The notes: a model not told the origin generated them from the letters alone. 64,000 bases of DNA from Anaerolinea sp. (GCA_013822395.1 PNKK01000013.1:4723-68722), one strand, 5' to 3'. Shown: positions 35,408 through 44,067, numbered from the stretch's first letter. Numbers and translations are program-made.

Positions 35408-36484
35408 GTGTCGGCGCTGCGGGTGCCAGGGTCCGTGCCGCGCGCTCGGCCGCGTCCCGCGCAGGGTCTCCGGGCCGGCGCAGCCGACCCCTTCACCGGC
35501 GCGCACGATCACGCACGCGCCCACGAGGACCTGGCTCCCCACGGCGGCCGGTACGAGAGCATCCTCGAGGCGATCGGGCACACGCCACTCGTCGCCGTGC
35601 CACGGATGAGCCCGAACCCGGCGGTCCGGATCTACGCGAAGCTCGAGTTCCTGAACCCGACGGGATCCGTGAAGGACCGCGCCGCGCGCGCACTCATCGA
35701 GGACCTCGAGGCGCGCGGCGCGCTCGGGCCGGACTCGATCATCCTGGAGCCCACGTCCGGCAACACCGGCATCGCCCTGGCGATGATCGCCCGCCGCAAG
35801 GGCTACCGGATCGCGCTGGTCATGCCGGACAACGTGACCCCGGAGCGGCGCCAGATGGCGGCGCTGTACGGAGCGGAGGTCATCGATTCCCCCGGGCGCC
35901 TCGGCTCGAACGGGGCGATTGCCATGGCGAAGGAGCTGGCGGCGCGGGACCCCCGGTTCGTGATGCCCTACCAGTACGGCAACCCGGCGAACCCGCGGGC
36001 CCACGAGGAGACCACCGGCCCGGAGATCCTCGCCGACTGCCCGGAGGTGGACGCGGTTGTCGCCGGTCTCGGGACCGGCGGGACGCTGATGGGCGTCGCC
36101 CGCTTCTTCCGGCGCACGAGGCCGGGCGTCCGGATCGTCGCCACGGAGCCGCTCCCCGGCGAGGCGGTTCAGGGCCTCCGTTCGCTCGACGAGGGATTCG
36201 TGCCGGAGATTCTTGATCCGTCGCTGCTCGACGCGAAGCTGCTCGTCTCAAATCGTGACGCCGTGGCCGCGGTTCGGGATCTCATCGCCCTCGAGGGCAT
36301 CTTTGCGGGCCCGTCGTCCGGGGCGGTCCTCGTCGCGGCGGCGCGCGTGGCGCGGGAGATGGACGGCGGCACGATCGTGGCGATTCTCCCCGACGGCGGT
36401 TGGAAGTACCTGTCGGCCGGCACTTACTCTCGCGAGCTCGCCGAGATGGAAGCCGATCTCGAGGGCGGCATCAACTGGTGGTGA
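35408..36484 (+). CDS. cysM: cysteine synthase (CysM-type, sulfur-carrier dependent)
   Basis: IGHTPLV, LEFLNPTGSVKDR (PLP Lys), TSGNTG. The roughly 50-aa N-terminal extension suggests the true start may be downstream. Confidence 0.85.
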   Translation: MSALRVPGSVPRARPRPAQGLRAGAADPFTGAHDHARAHEDLAPHGGRYESILEAIGHTPLVAVPRMSPNPAVRIYAKLEFLNPTGSVKDRAARALIEDLEARGALGPDSIILEPTSGNTGIALAMIARRKGYRIALVMPDNVTPERRQMAALYGAEVIDSPGRLGSNGAIAMAKELAARDPRFVMPYQYGNPANPRAHEETTGPEILADCPEVDAVVAGLGTGGTLMGVARFFRRTRPGVRIVATEPLPGEAVQGLRSLDEGFVPEILDPSLLDAKLLVSNRDAVAAVRDLIALEGIFAGPSSGAVLVAAARVAREMDGGTIVAILPDGGWKYLSAGTYSRELAEMEADLEGGINWW

Positions 36485-36566
36485 GCGGCACCCGCGCAGG
36501 CTGAGCCCGTCCTGATGCTTCCGCGACGCCCGACCAGGGCCGAGGCCGGCAGGATGTCGGCCGGGC

Positions 36567-36674
36567 ATGCGCACCGCGCATGAGATCGGCCGGTCCTGCG
36601 CCCGTAGTACATGTCCCGCGCGAGGTTCGGGGTGGCGTATGCGCACCGCGCATGAGATCGGCCGGTCCTGCGCC
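36567..36674. repeat. two perfect 36-nt direct repeats separated by a 36-nt unique spacer
   Basis: ATGCGCACCGCGCATGAGATCGGCCGGTCCTGCGCC occurs at 36567-36602 and 36639-36674. Each has an internal ATGCGC-acc-GCGCAT hairpin. Confidence 0.8.
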
Positions 36675-36877
36675 TGCGCTGCAGCCGGTGAGCCTGCTCG
36701 CGCATGGAACGGCCCATCTCATGCCCTGCCAGCATGATGTGCGACACCAGGGCCGCCCGGATGCTCGCGCTGATGCGCTCAGGGATACGTGCCCCGGCCG
36801 CACCGTCGTCGATGGGCCGAAGGTGCCGCGCAGGGACACGAGCGGAGATACGTCCACGCGAGCAGAGATACACCACC

Positions 36878-36916
36878 TTGACCGACTTTTGACCATTGAC
36901 TATAGTCAGTAGTCAG
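36878..36916 (+). promoter_or_regulatory. candidate phd-vapC promoter with overlapping operator repeats
   Basis: TTGACC (36878-83), 17-nt spacer, TATAGT (36901-06). Palindrome TGACTATAGTCA (36897-36908). Tandem TAGTCAG x2 (36903-36916). Three TTGAC(C/T) repeats. Confidence 0.55.
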
Positions 36917-36929
36917 AAGAGGGTATGGC

Positions 36930-37166
36930 GTGGACGATCGGGCGATTATGGCGAGCCGCTTCAAGGCCGAGTGTCTCGCCATCCTTGACCAGGTAAATGC
37001 CTTGAAGATCTCGGTGACGGTCACGAAGCATGGTCGGCCGGTGGCCAGGCTCGTGCCGATGGACGATGCGCCGGAGGCCCTGCCGGCCCGCAGTGTCCGG
37101 CTCGTCGCCGACGATGACGCCGACTACTTCTCCACCGGCGAGCGGTGGCACGCGGACGCGCGATGA
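36930..37166 (+). CDS. Phd/YefM-family antitoxin
   Basis: SRFKAECLAILDQVNALKISVTVTKHGRPVARLVP follows the Phd/YefM pattern. Start is GTG 36930 or, more likely, ATG 36948. Confidence 0.8.
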   Translation: MDDRAIMASRFKAECLAILDQVNALKISVTVTKHGRPVARLVPMDDAPEALPARSVRLVADDDADYFSTGERWHADAR

Positions 37167-37179
37167 CACCGGACGCACG

Positions 37180-37608
37180 ATGACACGCGGACGATGGTCC
37201 GGCGTGACGGTTCTGCTCGACACGCACGTCCTGCTGTGGTGGCAGGCCGGCGGCGGCCGCCTGTCCGAGCGCGCGGATCGCGTCATCCGTGAGGCGGAGC
37301 GCCTGCTCGTCAGCCCGCTGAGCTGCTGGGAGATCACGACCCTCCACCGGCAGGGCAGGATCGAGCTGGATCGGGATCCGCTGCGCTGGGTCCAGGCCCT
37401 CTTCCACGTCCCACGGGTGGAGCCTGCCGCCCTGACCGCCGCGGCCGCGGCGTGGGCCGGCACCCTTGATGCAGAACGGTTTCCAGGTGATCCCATCGAC
37501 CGAATGCTCTACGCCACGGCGCTCGATCTCCGCGTCCCGTTCCTCACCAGGGACGAGCGCCTTCGCGACTACGCCAGACGGGCGGGTGACGTCGATGTTC
37601 GCTGGTGA
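37180..37608 (+). CDS. vapC: PIN-domain toxin VapC
   Basis: 142 aa from the ATG at 37180. VLLDTHVLLWW, SPLSCWEI and DPIDRMLYATA are the PIN acidic residues. Confidence 0.85.
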   Translation: MTRGRWSGVTVLLDTHVLLWWQAGGGRLSERADRVIREAERLLVSPLSCWEITTLHRQGRIELDRDPLRWVQALFHVPRVEPAALTAAAAAWAGTLDAERFPGDPIDRMLYATALDLRVPFLTRDERLRDYARRAGDVDVRW

Positions 37609-38092
37609 CGGCGAGGACCATCACGGCCGCCGGGGCCACCCGGGCCACCCGGGCCCGGCGACCGTCGTTCTCCCGGACGATATCCGCGAGGCGATCGTGG
37701 CCCACGCCCGGGCGGAGCTACCCAACGAGGCGTGCGGCCTCGTCATCGGCGATCGTCCGGCGGCCGGCGGCGGTCGCACCCTCCGCTGGGTCCCGACCCG
37801 GAATCGTGCCGCGTCGCCGTTCCGGTACGAGATCCACCCCCAGGATCTCCTGCGCCTGACGATCGAGACCGACGCCGCGGATGAGGTCTTCTGGGCCATC
37901 GTCCATTCGCACGTCGCGTCGCCGGCGCGGCCGTCACCGACCGACATCGGCCTGGCCTTCCACCCGGACGCGCTGTACATCCTCGTGTCGCTCCATCCGG
38001 ACGAGGTGGATCGGACAACCGGGGAGCCGGGCGTCCGTGCCTGGCGGATCCTGGACGGCGCCGTCCACGAGGTCGAGATCTCCACCGGCTGA
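37595..38092 (+). CDS. mec: JAMM/MPN+ metalloprotease (Mec-like CysO-cysteine peptidase)
   Basis: 165 aa from the ATG at 37595. NEACGLV and HSHVASPARPSPTD (HxHx7Sx2D JAMM motif). Overlaps the vapC stop. Confidence 0.85.
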   Translation: MFAGDGEDHHGRRGHPGHPGPATVVLPDDIREAIVAHARAELPNEACGLVIGDRPAAGGGRTLRWVPTRNRAASPFRYEIHPQDLLRLTIETDAADEVFWAIVHSHVASPARPSPTDIGLAFHPDALYILVSLHPDEVDRTTGEPGVRAWRILDGAVHEVEISTG

Positions 38093-38157
38093 TCCCCGGC
38101 CGGTGGTGCGACGAGACTTCCCGGGGTGGATTCCAGCCCGCTCCATGCGGGCCGTGG

Positions 38158-39102
38158 TCAGGCCGTGCCGGAGGTCACGACGTCGCGGGCCTCGGTCCGT
38201 GCCGCGCCCAGGGTCTCGCGGACGACGAGGACCGAGCTCGGCGCGTGGAGCAGCACGTTCCGAGCGACCGATCCCAGGACCAGGCGGGCGATGCCGCCGT
38301 GGCCACGCGTCCCGACGACGACCAACGAGTGCGGCCGTGCCCGGGCGAACTCGACGATCTCCTGGGCCGGGTCGCCCTCGAGGAGGTGGGGGACAGCGGC
38401 GATGCCGGCGAGCTGGAGCTGGTTTGCGCTTCGATGCGCCAGCGCCCGCGTACCCTCGCGCGCGGCGTCGACGTCGTGGACGTACGAGGCCATGACCTCG
38501 TCGTACAGGCCGGCCGCCATGCCAGCGTTCCATGGAACGGCAGTCTCGGCGACGGAGACGACGTCGACGGGGAGGTCGTGGAAGATGGGCCAGGTCCGCA
38601 GCACCCGGGCCGCTCGCGCGGCACCCGGCGATCCGTCCTCGGCGAAAACGACCGATGCGATCTCGGCGTCTCGTACAACCAGGACCGGACACGGCGCCTG
38701 GTCGACGACCTCGGCCGAGACCGACCCGAGGACCATCGAGGCGATCGGCCCATGACCGCGGCTACCGAGGACCACGAGATCGGCCGCCCAGGCGCGAGCC
38801 TCCTCGACGATTGCGGACGCCGGCCGGCCGCGGAGCGTGAGTCGCTCGACGGTCCGGCTGGGACCGCCCAGGGTCCGCTCGGCGTCGTCGAGGGTGACGT
38901 CGGCGTGGCGAAGCAGCTCGGACTCGACCGAGTCGATCTCGGCTGGGGCGGCGGTCAGCCACGGCGCGCCGAACAGCTCGCCTCGCGGCTCGAGCGCCGC
39001 CACGATGCAGAAGCGTGTGCCGTCGGGCCAGGGCAACCGGGCCACCAGGTCGCGGGCCCGATCGGCGGAGCGCGACCCGTCCGTTGCGAACAGGACTCGC
39101 AC
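38158..39102 (-). CDS. tandem-domain universal stress protein
   Basis: Two Usp domains (VVLGSRGHGPIASMVLGSVSAEVV; VVVGTRGHGGIARLVLGSVARNVL). The GTG at 39102 is preceded by AAGGAGG with a 7-nt spacer. The ORF track starts at ATG 39123. Confidence 0.85.
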   Translation of the reverse strand: MRVLFATDGSRSADRARDLVARLPWPDGTRFCIVAALEPRGELFGAPWLTAAPAEIDSVESELLRHADVTLDDAERTLGGPSRTVERLTLRGRPASAIVEEARAWAADLVVLGSRGHGPIASMVLGSVSAEVVDQAPCPVLVVRDAEIASVVFAEDGSPGAARAARVLRTWPIFHDLPVDVVSVAETAVPWNAGMAAGLYDEVMASYVHDVDAAREGTRALAHRSANQLQLAGIAAVPHLLEGDPAQEIVEFARARPHSLVVVGTRGHGGIARLVLGSVARNVLLHAPSSVLVVRETLGAARTEARDVVTSGTA

Positions 39103-39162
39103 GGAAGAACCTCCTTGGTCCATCCATCATCCGGCCGCCGTCGCCGGCGTTCCCCGTCCGTA

Positions 39163-39217
39163 CGGCCCGATCTCCGGGGTTCGCTCGGCCCGATCTCCGG
39201 GGTTCGCTCGGCCCGAC
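39163..39217. repeat. 23-bp tandem repeat x2.4
   Basis: CGGCCCGATCTCCGGGGTTCGCT occurs at 39163-39185 and 39186-39208, with a partial third copy to 39217. It lies upstream of the USP gene. Confidence 0.8.
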
Positions 39218-39287
39218 CGTCACGCAGGCGGATGGCGAGATACGGCGCCCTCCGGCAGCCCCGGCCGGTCTCGGTCCCCGGCCGGCC

Positions 39288-40343
39288 TCAGCGGCCTCCG
39301 GCCAGCCCGCCGATGCGATCGATGAGACGGTCGAGAAACGCGGCAGCGTCGCCCTCGACGGCGACCGCCACGTTCGGGGCGTGACCGGTGATCCCGCGCC
39401 AATCCGCGATCGTCATCCCATGGGCGAGGCCCGACCCGACCTCGACGTCAACGAAGAGTGGGCGGACCTCGACGAGCACCCGGTCGATCGCCCCCGCGAC
39501 GACGAATGGATCGTGGATGAATGCGCCGTAGAAGCCGTCGTACCGGGCGTGAAACTCGAAGTAGAACCGAAGCGCATGGACGATGAACTCGAGGAGGGGG
39601 TTGGCTCTGACCGTGCCACGAGGGTGCATCCGGGTTGCGGCGTCCGTGAGGGCGTCCGCGTCGGCGTCCGCGGCGCCCGCGCGCCGGGCGAGCCGGGTCA
39701 CATCGACGGGGAGGATCCGCGCGCGCTCGGTAACATCGAGCCCCATCCCGAGGGGCAGGGGAACCGCGGAATCCACGGTGAGTGCGGATGCCCACGCGGC
39801 GAGGCAGACCTGCGCCGCATCCGGGTCCACGTACACGTTCCATTCGCTCGTCGGGGTCGTGTTGCCCGGGACCCGGAATGCGCCGCCCATGAACGTCCAG
39901 CCGCGAAGGAGCGAAGGCAGGCGCGGCTCGCGCCGCAGCGCGAGGGCGAGGTTGGTCATCGGGCCGAGGGTGACGAGCTGGACGGCCCCGGGGCAGCGGC
40001 GTGCAGCGTCGATGATCAGGTCGGCGGCGTCCTGCTCGGCGAGCGCGCGGGTTGGGGCGGGGAGCTCGGCATGGCCGATCCCGCGCGGGCCGTGCGTCTC
40101 CTCGGTGGTCTCGAGCGGTTTCACGAGCGGCCGCTCGGCGCCAAGCGCGACGGGCACGTCGCCGCGGCCGGCGAGCTCGAGCAGGGACCTCGTGCTGTCC
40201 GCGACCCGACCGGCCGGCACGTTCCCGGCGACGCACGTCACTGCGAGCAGCTCGATCTCGGGCGAAGCGCACGCGTAGAGGATCGCGAGGCTGTCGTCGA
40301 TCCCGGTGTCGACATCGAGGATCATGGGCAGGCGGCCGGTCAT
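39288..40343 (-). CDS. nucleoside hydrolase (inosine-uridine preferring family)
   Basis: N-terminal ILDVDTGIDDSLAI aspartate cluster. The overall IU-NH pattern is present. Start is ATG 40343 or 40325. Confidence 0.85.
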   Translation of the reverse strand: MTGRLPMILDVDTGIDDSLAILYACASPEIELLAVTCVAGNVPAGRVADSTRSLLELAGRGDVPVALGAERPLVKPLETTEETHGPRGIGHAELPAPTRALAEQDAADLIIDAARRCPGAVQLVTLGPMTNLALALRREPRLPSLLRGWTFMGGAFRVPGNTTPTSEWNVYVDPDAAQVCLAAWASALTVDSAVPLPLGMGLDVTERARILPVDVTRLARRAGAADADADALTDAATRMHPRGTVRANPLLEFIVHALRFYFEFHARYDGFYGAFIHDPFVVAGAIDRVLVEVRPLFVDVEVGSGLAHGMTIADWRGITGHAPNVAVAVEGDAAAFLDRLIDRIGGLAGGR

Positions 40344-42162
40344 CGCCGGAATCCTACGGTCCCACTGGACCGGCCGGGTGACCTCTACACTCCACCCCGT
40401 GTCCGATTCCGTGGTCGATCGCCCCGACCTCCCGATCCTGATCTACGAGCGCCGCGAGGCGCGGGTCAGAGACTGGGACCCGCGAACGGTCGAGGTCGCC
40501 GCGTCGGTCGCCGCGATGGTCCGGCGGCGACGCCCGGATCTCGTCGTGGAGCACATCGGCAGCACGGCGGTCCCGGGCCTGCCCGGGAAGGGCATCGTGG
40601 ATCTGTCGGTCGAGGCCGCCCCGGCCGAGATTCCGGGGATCACGCGGCTCCTCTACGAGCTCGGCCTCCAGCCCCAGCCCGGCCCGGACCCGTGGCCACC
40701 GACCCGGCCGATGGTCGTCGGGGCGGTCAGGGTCGGGGGCGACGAGTTCCGAATCCATCTCCACGTCCAGCCGACGGGCGGCGACTTCCGGCGTGACATC
40801 GCGTTCCGGGACGCCCTGCGCGGCGATCCGGAGCTCAAGCGGCAGTACACGGAGCTCAAGACCGCGATCACCGGCGGCAATTCGGTCGACGGCTACCGGT
40901 ACACGCACTCGAAGACGACCTGGATCCTGGGCGTCTACAAGGCTCTCGGGTTCCGGATCCCGGCGATCCAGCCACCGGCCCGGATCGGCATCCTCGGCGG
41001 CGGACAGCTCGGGCGGATGCTGGGCTTGGCCGCCCGAGAGCTCAGCTACCGGATCGTCGTCCTGGACCCCGACCCGCATTGCCCAGCTGCCGCGGTGGCA
41101 GATCGCGTGGAGATCGGGCGATACGACGACATCGAGGCCGCGAAGCGACTTGCCGCCGGCTGCTCGGTGATCACCTACGAGCTCGAGCATGTCTCGCTCG
41201 ACCTGGTGAAGGCGCTCGACGACGGCCAAGTCGCGATCCGACCGGGCCCCTACGCGTTGAAGCTCACCCAGGACCGGCTCGCCGAGCGGCGCTTCCTCCA
41301 AGCGAACGGCGCCACGGTCGCCCCGTGGCGCGAGGTGTCGACGCCGGACGAGCTCCGCGCCGGCGTCGCCGAGCTCGGACCCCCGCTTCGGCTCAAGGCC
41401 TCGATCGGGGGCTACGACGGCCGGAGCCAGGTCCGGATCGCGGCCGCCGACGATCTCGAGGCTGCCGGCACGCTGCTGGATCGCGAGGCGGCGGTCGGCC
41501 GGTCGCTCCTCCTCGAGCGCGAGCTCCCGTTCGAGGCCGAGCTGTCGGTGATCGTGGCCCGCGGCGTCGACGGGATCTCACGCGGCTACCCCGCGGCGCG
41601 GAACGTCCACGATCGCGGGATCCTCGTCGAGTCGTCGGTCCCGGCAGGGATTCCGGCCGAGACGACCTCGGCCGCGGTCTCGCTGGCCACGGATCTCGCG
41701 ACCGGGATGGGCATGGTGGGCGTCCTCACCGCGGAGCTCTTTCTCATGCCGGACGGCTCGCTGGTCGTGAACGAGCTCGCCCCGCGCGTCCACAACAGCG
41801 GCCACTGGACGATCGAGGCCGCCGCCACGAGCCAGTTCGAGCAGCACATCCGGGCGATCTGCGGCCTGCCGCTGGGCTCGACGGAGCTGCGGGCGGGCGG
41901 TGCCGCGACGGTGAATCTCCTGGGGACCGGCGGCGATCGGGAGGCCGGCGTCCTGGGCGTGGATGCCGCGCTCGAGGCTCCCGACGCCCACGTCCACCTG
42001 TACGACAAGCGCCGCGTCTTCGAGCGGCGGAAGATGGGCCATGTCACGGCCGTCGGATCCTCGCCGGAGGCGGCGCTCGCGACGGCTCGGGAAGCCGCCG
42101 AACGGATCCGCTGGGCGGGGCCCGCCGTCGGCGGTGCGGACAGGCAGGAGGAGACCACCTGA
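40306..42162 (+). CDS. purK: GrpB-domain / N5-carboxyaminoimidazole ribonucleotide synthase (PurK) fusion protein
   Basis: The N-terminal roughly 190 aa (VEHIGSTAVPGLPGKGIVDL..., FRDALRGDPELKRQYTELK) is GrpB/UPF0157. It runs without a stop or start codon into PurK (IGILGGGQLGRML...ATP-grasp...HNSGHWT). The true start is probably 40378-40400. Confidence 0.8.
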   Translation: MSTSRIMGRRPVIAGILRSHWTGRVTSTLHPVSDSVVDRPDLPILIYERREARVRDWDPRTVEVAASVAAMVRRRRPDLVVEHIGSTAVPGLPGKGIVDLSVEAAPAEIPGITRLLYELGLQPQPGPDPWPPTRPMVVGAVRVGGDEFRIHLHVQPTGGDFRRDIAFRDALRGDPELKRQYTELKTAITGGNSVDGYRYTHSKTTWILGVYKALGFRIPAIQPPARIGILGGGQLGRMLGLAARELSYRIVVLDPDPHCPAAAVADRVEIGRYDDIEAAKRLAAGCSVITYELEHVSLDLVKALDDGQVAIRPGPYALKLTQDRLAERRFLQANGATVAPWREVSTPDELRAGVAELGPPLRLKASIGGYDGRSQVRIAAADDLEAAGTLLDREAAVGRSLLLERELPFEAELSVIVARGVDGISRGYPAARNVHDRGILVESSVPAGIPAETTSAAVSLATDLATGMGMVGVLTAELFLMPDGSLVVNELAPRVHNSGHWTIEAAATSQFEQHIRAICGLPLGSTELRAGGAATVNLLGTGGDREAGVLGVDAALEAPDAHVHLYDKRRVFERRKMGHVTAVGSSPEAALATAREAAERIRWAGPAVGGADRQEETT

Positions 42163-42653
42163 TGGGTCACTCAGGGCCGATCGTCGGAGTCGTGGGCGGC
42201 AGTCGTTCCGATTTCCCGATCCTCGAGAAGGCGACGGCGCTCCTCGAGATGCTCGACGTCCCGTGCGAGATGCGGGTCGTTTCCGCGCACCGCAGCCCGG
42301 ACCACCTCTTCCACTACGCCGAGACGGCCGCGGGGCGAGGGATCCGGGTCATCGTCGCGGGCGCCGGCGGGGCGGCCCACCTGCCGGGCATGCTGGCGTC
42401 GAAGACGACGCTCCCGGTGATCGGCGTGCCGATCCCGACGCAGCATCTCGGCGGCCTGGACTCGCTCCTGTCGATCGTCCAGATGCCACGCGGGATCCCG
42501 GTCGCGACGGTGGCCATCGGCAATGCTGAGAACGCCGCGCTCCTCGCGATCGAGATCCTCGCCCTGTCCGATCCGGCCCTCGGCGAGCGCCTTCTGGCCT
42601 ACCGGGCCGACCAGACCAGGATGGTCATGGACGACCCGTCAAATCGGCCCTGA
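42162..42653 (+). CDS. purE: N5-CAIR mutase PurE
   Basis: 163 aa. GSRSD, VSAHRSP, AGGAAHLPGM. ATG overlaps the purK stop. Confidence 0.9.
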   Translation: MGHSGPIVGVVGGSRSDFPILEKATALLEMLDVPCEMRVVSAHRSPDHLFHYAETAAGRGIRVIVAGAGGAAHLPGMLASKTTLPVIGVPIPTQHLGGLDSLLSIVQMPRGIPVATVAIGNAENAALLAIEILALSDPALGERLLAYRADQTRMVMDDPSNRP

Positions 42654-43509
42654 CCGTCAGCTCCTCGGTCCCGCGGAGGATCGCGACCTCGATCGCTCCG
42701 GTGGCGCCGGCCATCGCGTCGAGCAGGCCGTCGGCGTCGCTCACGTCCGTGCCGGCGACACGGACGATGAGGTCGCCCTCGCGGATCCCGGCGCCGGCCG
42801 CCGCCGAGCCATCCTCGACGCCCCGGACGAGAAGCCCGCTGCGCTCCGGCAGGCCCACCGAACGGCGAAGACGGCGCGCCACGTGGGCCGGCGCGACCGC
42901 GATGCCGAGCCGCGGCCGGCCCACGGACTGACCGCGGGACAGGACCTCGACCCGCTCGCGGAACTCGGCATCGGCCTGGCGGGCAAGGTAGAAGCCCTCG
43001 CCGATGCGGTGCGTGTTGAGGCCCACGAGGCGACCGGCGGCGTCGACGATCGGTCCGCCGGATGAGCCTGGGGCCATCGGCGCGGTGTGCTCGAGGCTCC
43101 CGGAGATTCGCCGGCCGCCAGGACCGCGGAACGCGCGATTGACGGCTGAAACCGTGCCGACGGTGACGCGGGGCGGGCCGCCGCTCGTGGCGGCGAGCCC
43201 GAAGACGACGCTACCGACGGCCACACTGCCGTCTGCCCACGCGAGCGCCGGGGCGCCGGCCGTATCGACGTCGATGACGGCGAGGTCACCGTCCAGGTCC
43301 GTGCCGGCGACCTTGCCGCGCACGGCGCGCCCATCCGAGAAGGTCACCGTGACCTCCTCGCCGCGGAGGTTGTGGGCGTTCGTCAGGACGCGGCCGGCAC
43401 CGACGATCACGCCGGAGCCGCGTAGGCGTGACCCGATGCCCACGACGCCGGGGGAAGCGGCCGCGGCGGCGGCGGCGATGGAGGAGGAGAGATCGTCGAG
43501 GAGGGACAT
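42625..43509 (-). CDS. trypsin-like serine protease with C-terminal PDZ domain (HtrA-like)
   Basis: Catalytic TNAHNL, DGDLAVIDV and GSSGGPIV, with a PDZ-like C-terminus. Start assigned to ATG 43509 (MSLLDD...). The ORF extends to 43608. Confidence 0.85.
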   Translation of the reverse strand: MSLLDDLSSSIAAAAAAASPGVVGIGSRLRGSGVIVGAGRVLTNAHNLRGEEVTVTFSDGRAVRGKVAGTDLDGDLAVIDVDTAGAPALAWADGSVAVGSVVFGLAATSGGPPRVTVGTVSAVNRAFRGPGGRRISGSLEHTAPMAPGSSGGPIVDAAGRLVGLNTHRIGEGFYLARQADAEFRERVEVLSRGQSVGRPRLGIAVAPAHVARRLRRSVGLPERSGLLVRGVEDGSAAAGAGIREGDLIVRVAGTDVSDADGLLDAMAGATGAIEVAILRGTEELTVRADLTGRP

Positions 43510-43528
43510 CGTTTCGTTCGCTCCGGAT

Positions 43529-43554
43529 GTGTGACTTGCAAACTGCAAGTGACA
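43529..43554. promoter_or_regulatory. inverted repeat in protease/HxlR divergent region
   Basis: tGTGACTTGCAaacTGCAAGTGACa has core ACTTGCA-aac-TGCAAGT perfect arms. It lies between the two divergent starts. Confidence 0.45.
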
Positions 43555-43614
43555 TGGTAGCGCACACGTCCCGATGCTGCAGGCAGGAGCCTCGACGTCG
43601 CCTACCATGGACCG

Positions 43615-44067
43615 ATGGTCAACCTCGGCGGCGCGCCCGGATCAGGCGATGTCTCACCACTCGCCGCCGCCCTCGAGCGGATCGGCGATCGCTGGAGCCC
43701 GCGGATCGTGGAGGCCCTGTTTGCCGGCCCGCTGCGTTACGGCGAGCTCCAGGCGGCCGTCGCCGGAATCGCCTCGAACATCCTCGCCGACCGTCTGCGG
43801 CGACTCGAGGCGGACGGACTGCTCACGGTCACGGCCTACGCTGAGCGACCGCCGCGCCTCGAATACCGGCTGACGGCTGAGGGGCGCGCTCTCGGGGGAG
43901 CGCTCCGCATGCTCGCCGACTGGGGTGCGCGCCACGGTGCCGATGCGGGTGGCCAGGAGACGCTCCGTCACGACGTCTGCGGCGCCGCCCTCGAGGCGCG
44001 CTGGTTCTGCCCGACCTGCGATCAGGTCGTTGACGCCGACGTCACTCACGAGGTGCGCCGCCTCTGA
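43615..44067 (+). CDS. HxlR-family transcriptional regulator with C-terminal Cys-rich tail
   Basis: IGDRWSPRIVEAL...LRYGELQAAVAGIASNILADRLRRLEADGLL...RLEYRLT is the HxlR wHTH. The tail has C-x9..CPTC. Confidence 0.8.
   Translation: MVNLGGAPGSGDVSPLAAALERIGDRWSPRIVEALFAGPLRYGELQAAVAGIASNILADRLRRLEADGLLTVTAYAERPPRLEYRLTAEGRALGGALRMLADWGARHGADAGGQETLRHDVCGAALEARWFCPTCDQVVDADVTHEVRRL

Noticed and set aside
36567-36674. Calling the 36-nt repeats a CRISPR array
   Set aside because: There are only two repeats and one spacer, no cas genes in 64 kb, and the third copy is degenerate and out of register. The element is reported as a repeat and a finding, not annotated as CRISPR.
36690-36850. A possible tyrosine-recombinase C-terminal remnant on the minus strand (RHLRP...LAGHEMGRSMREQAH)
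   Set aside because: The only resemblance is a loose HxLR...GH...H spacing. The catalytic Tyr is absent, the spacing is off by about 8 residues, and the frame is otherwise not protein-like. The evidence is too weak to annotate.
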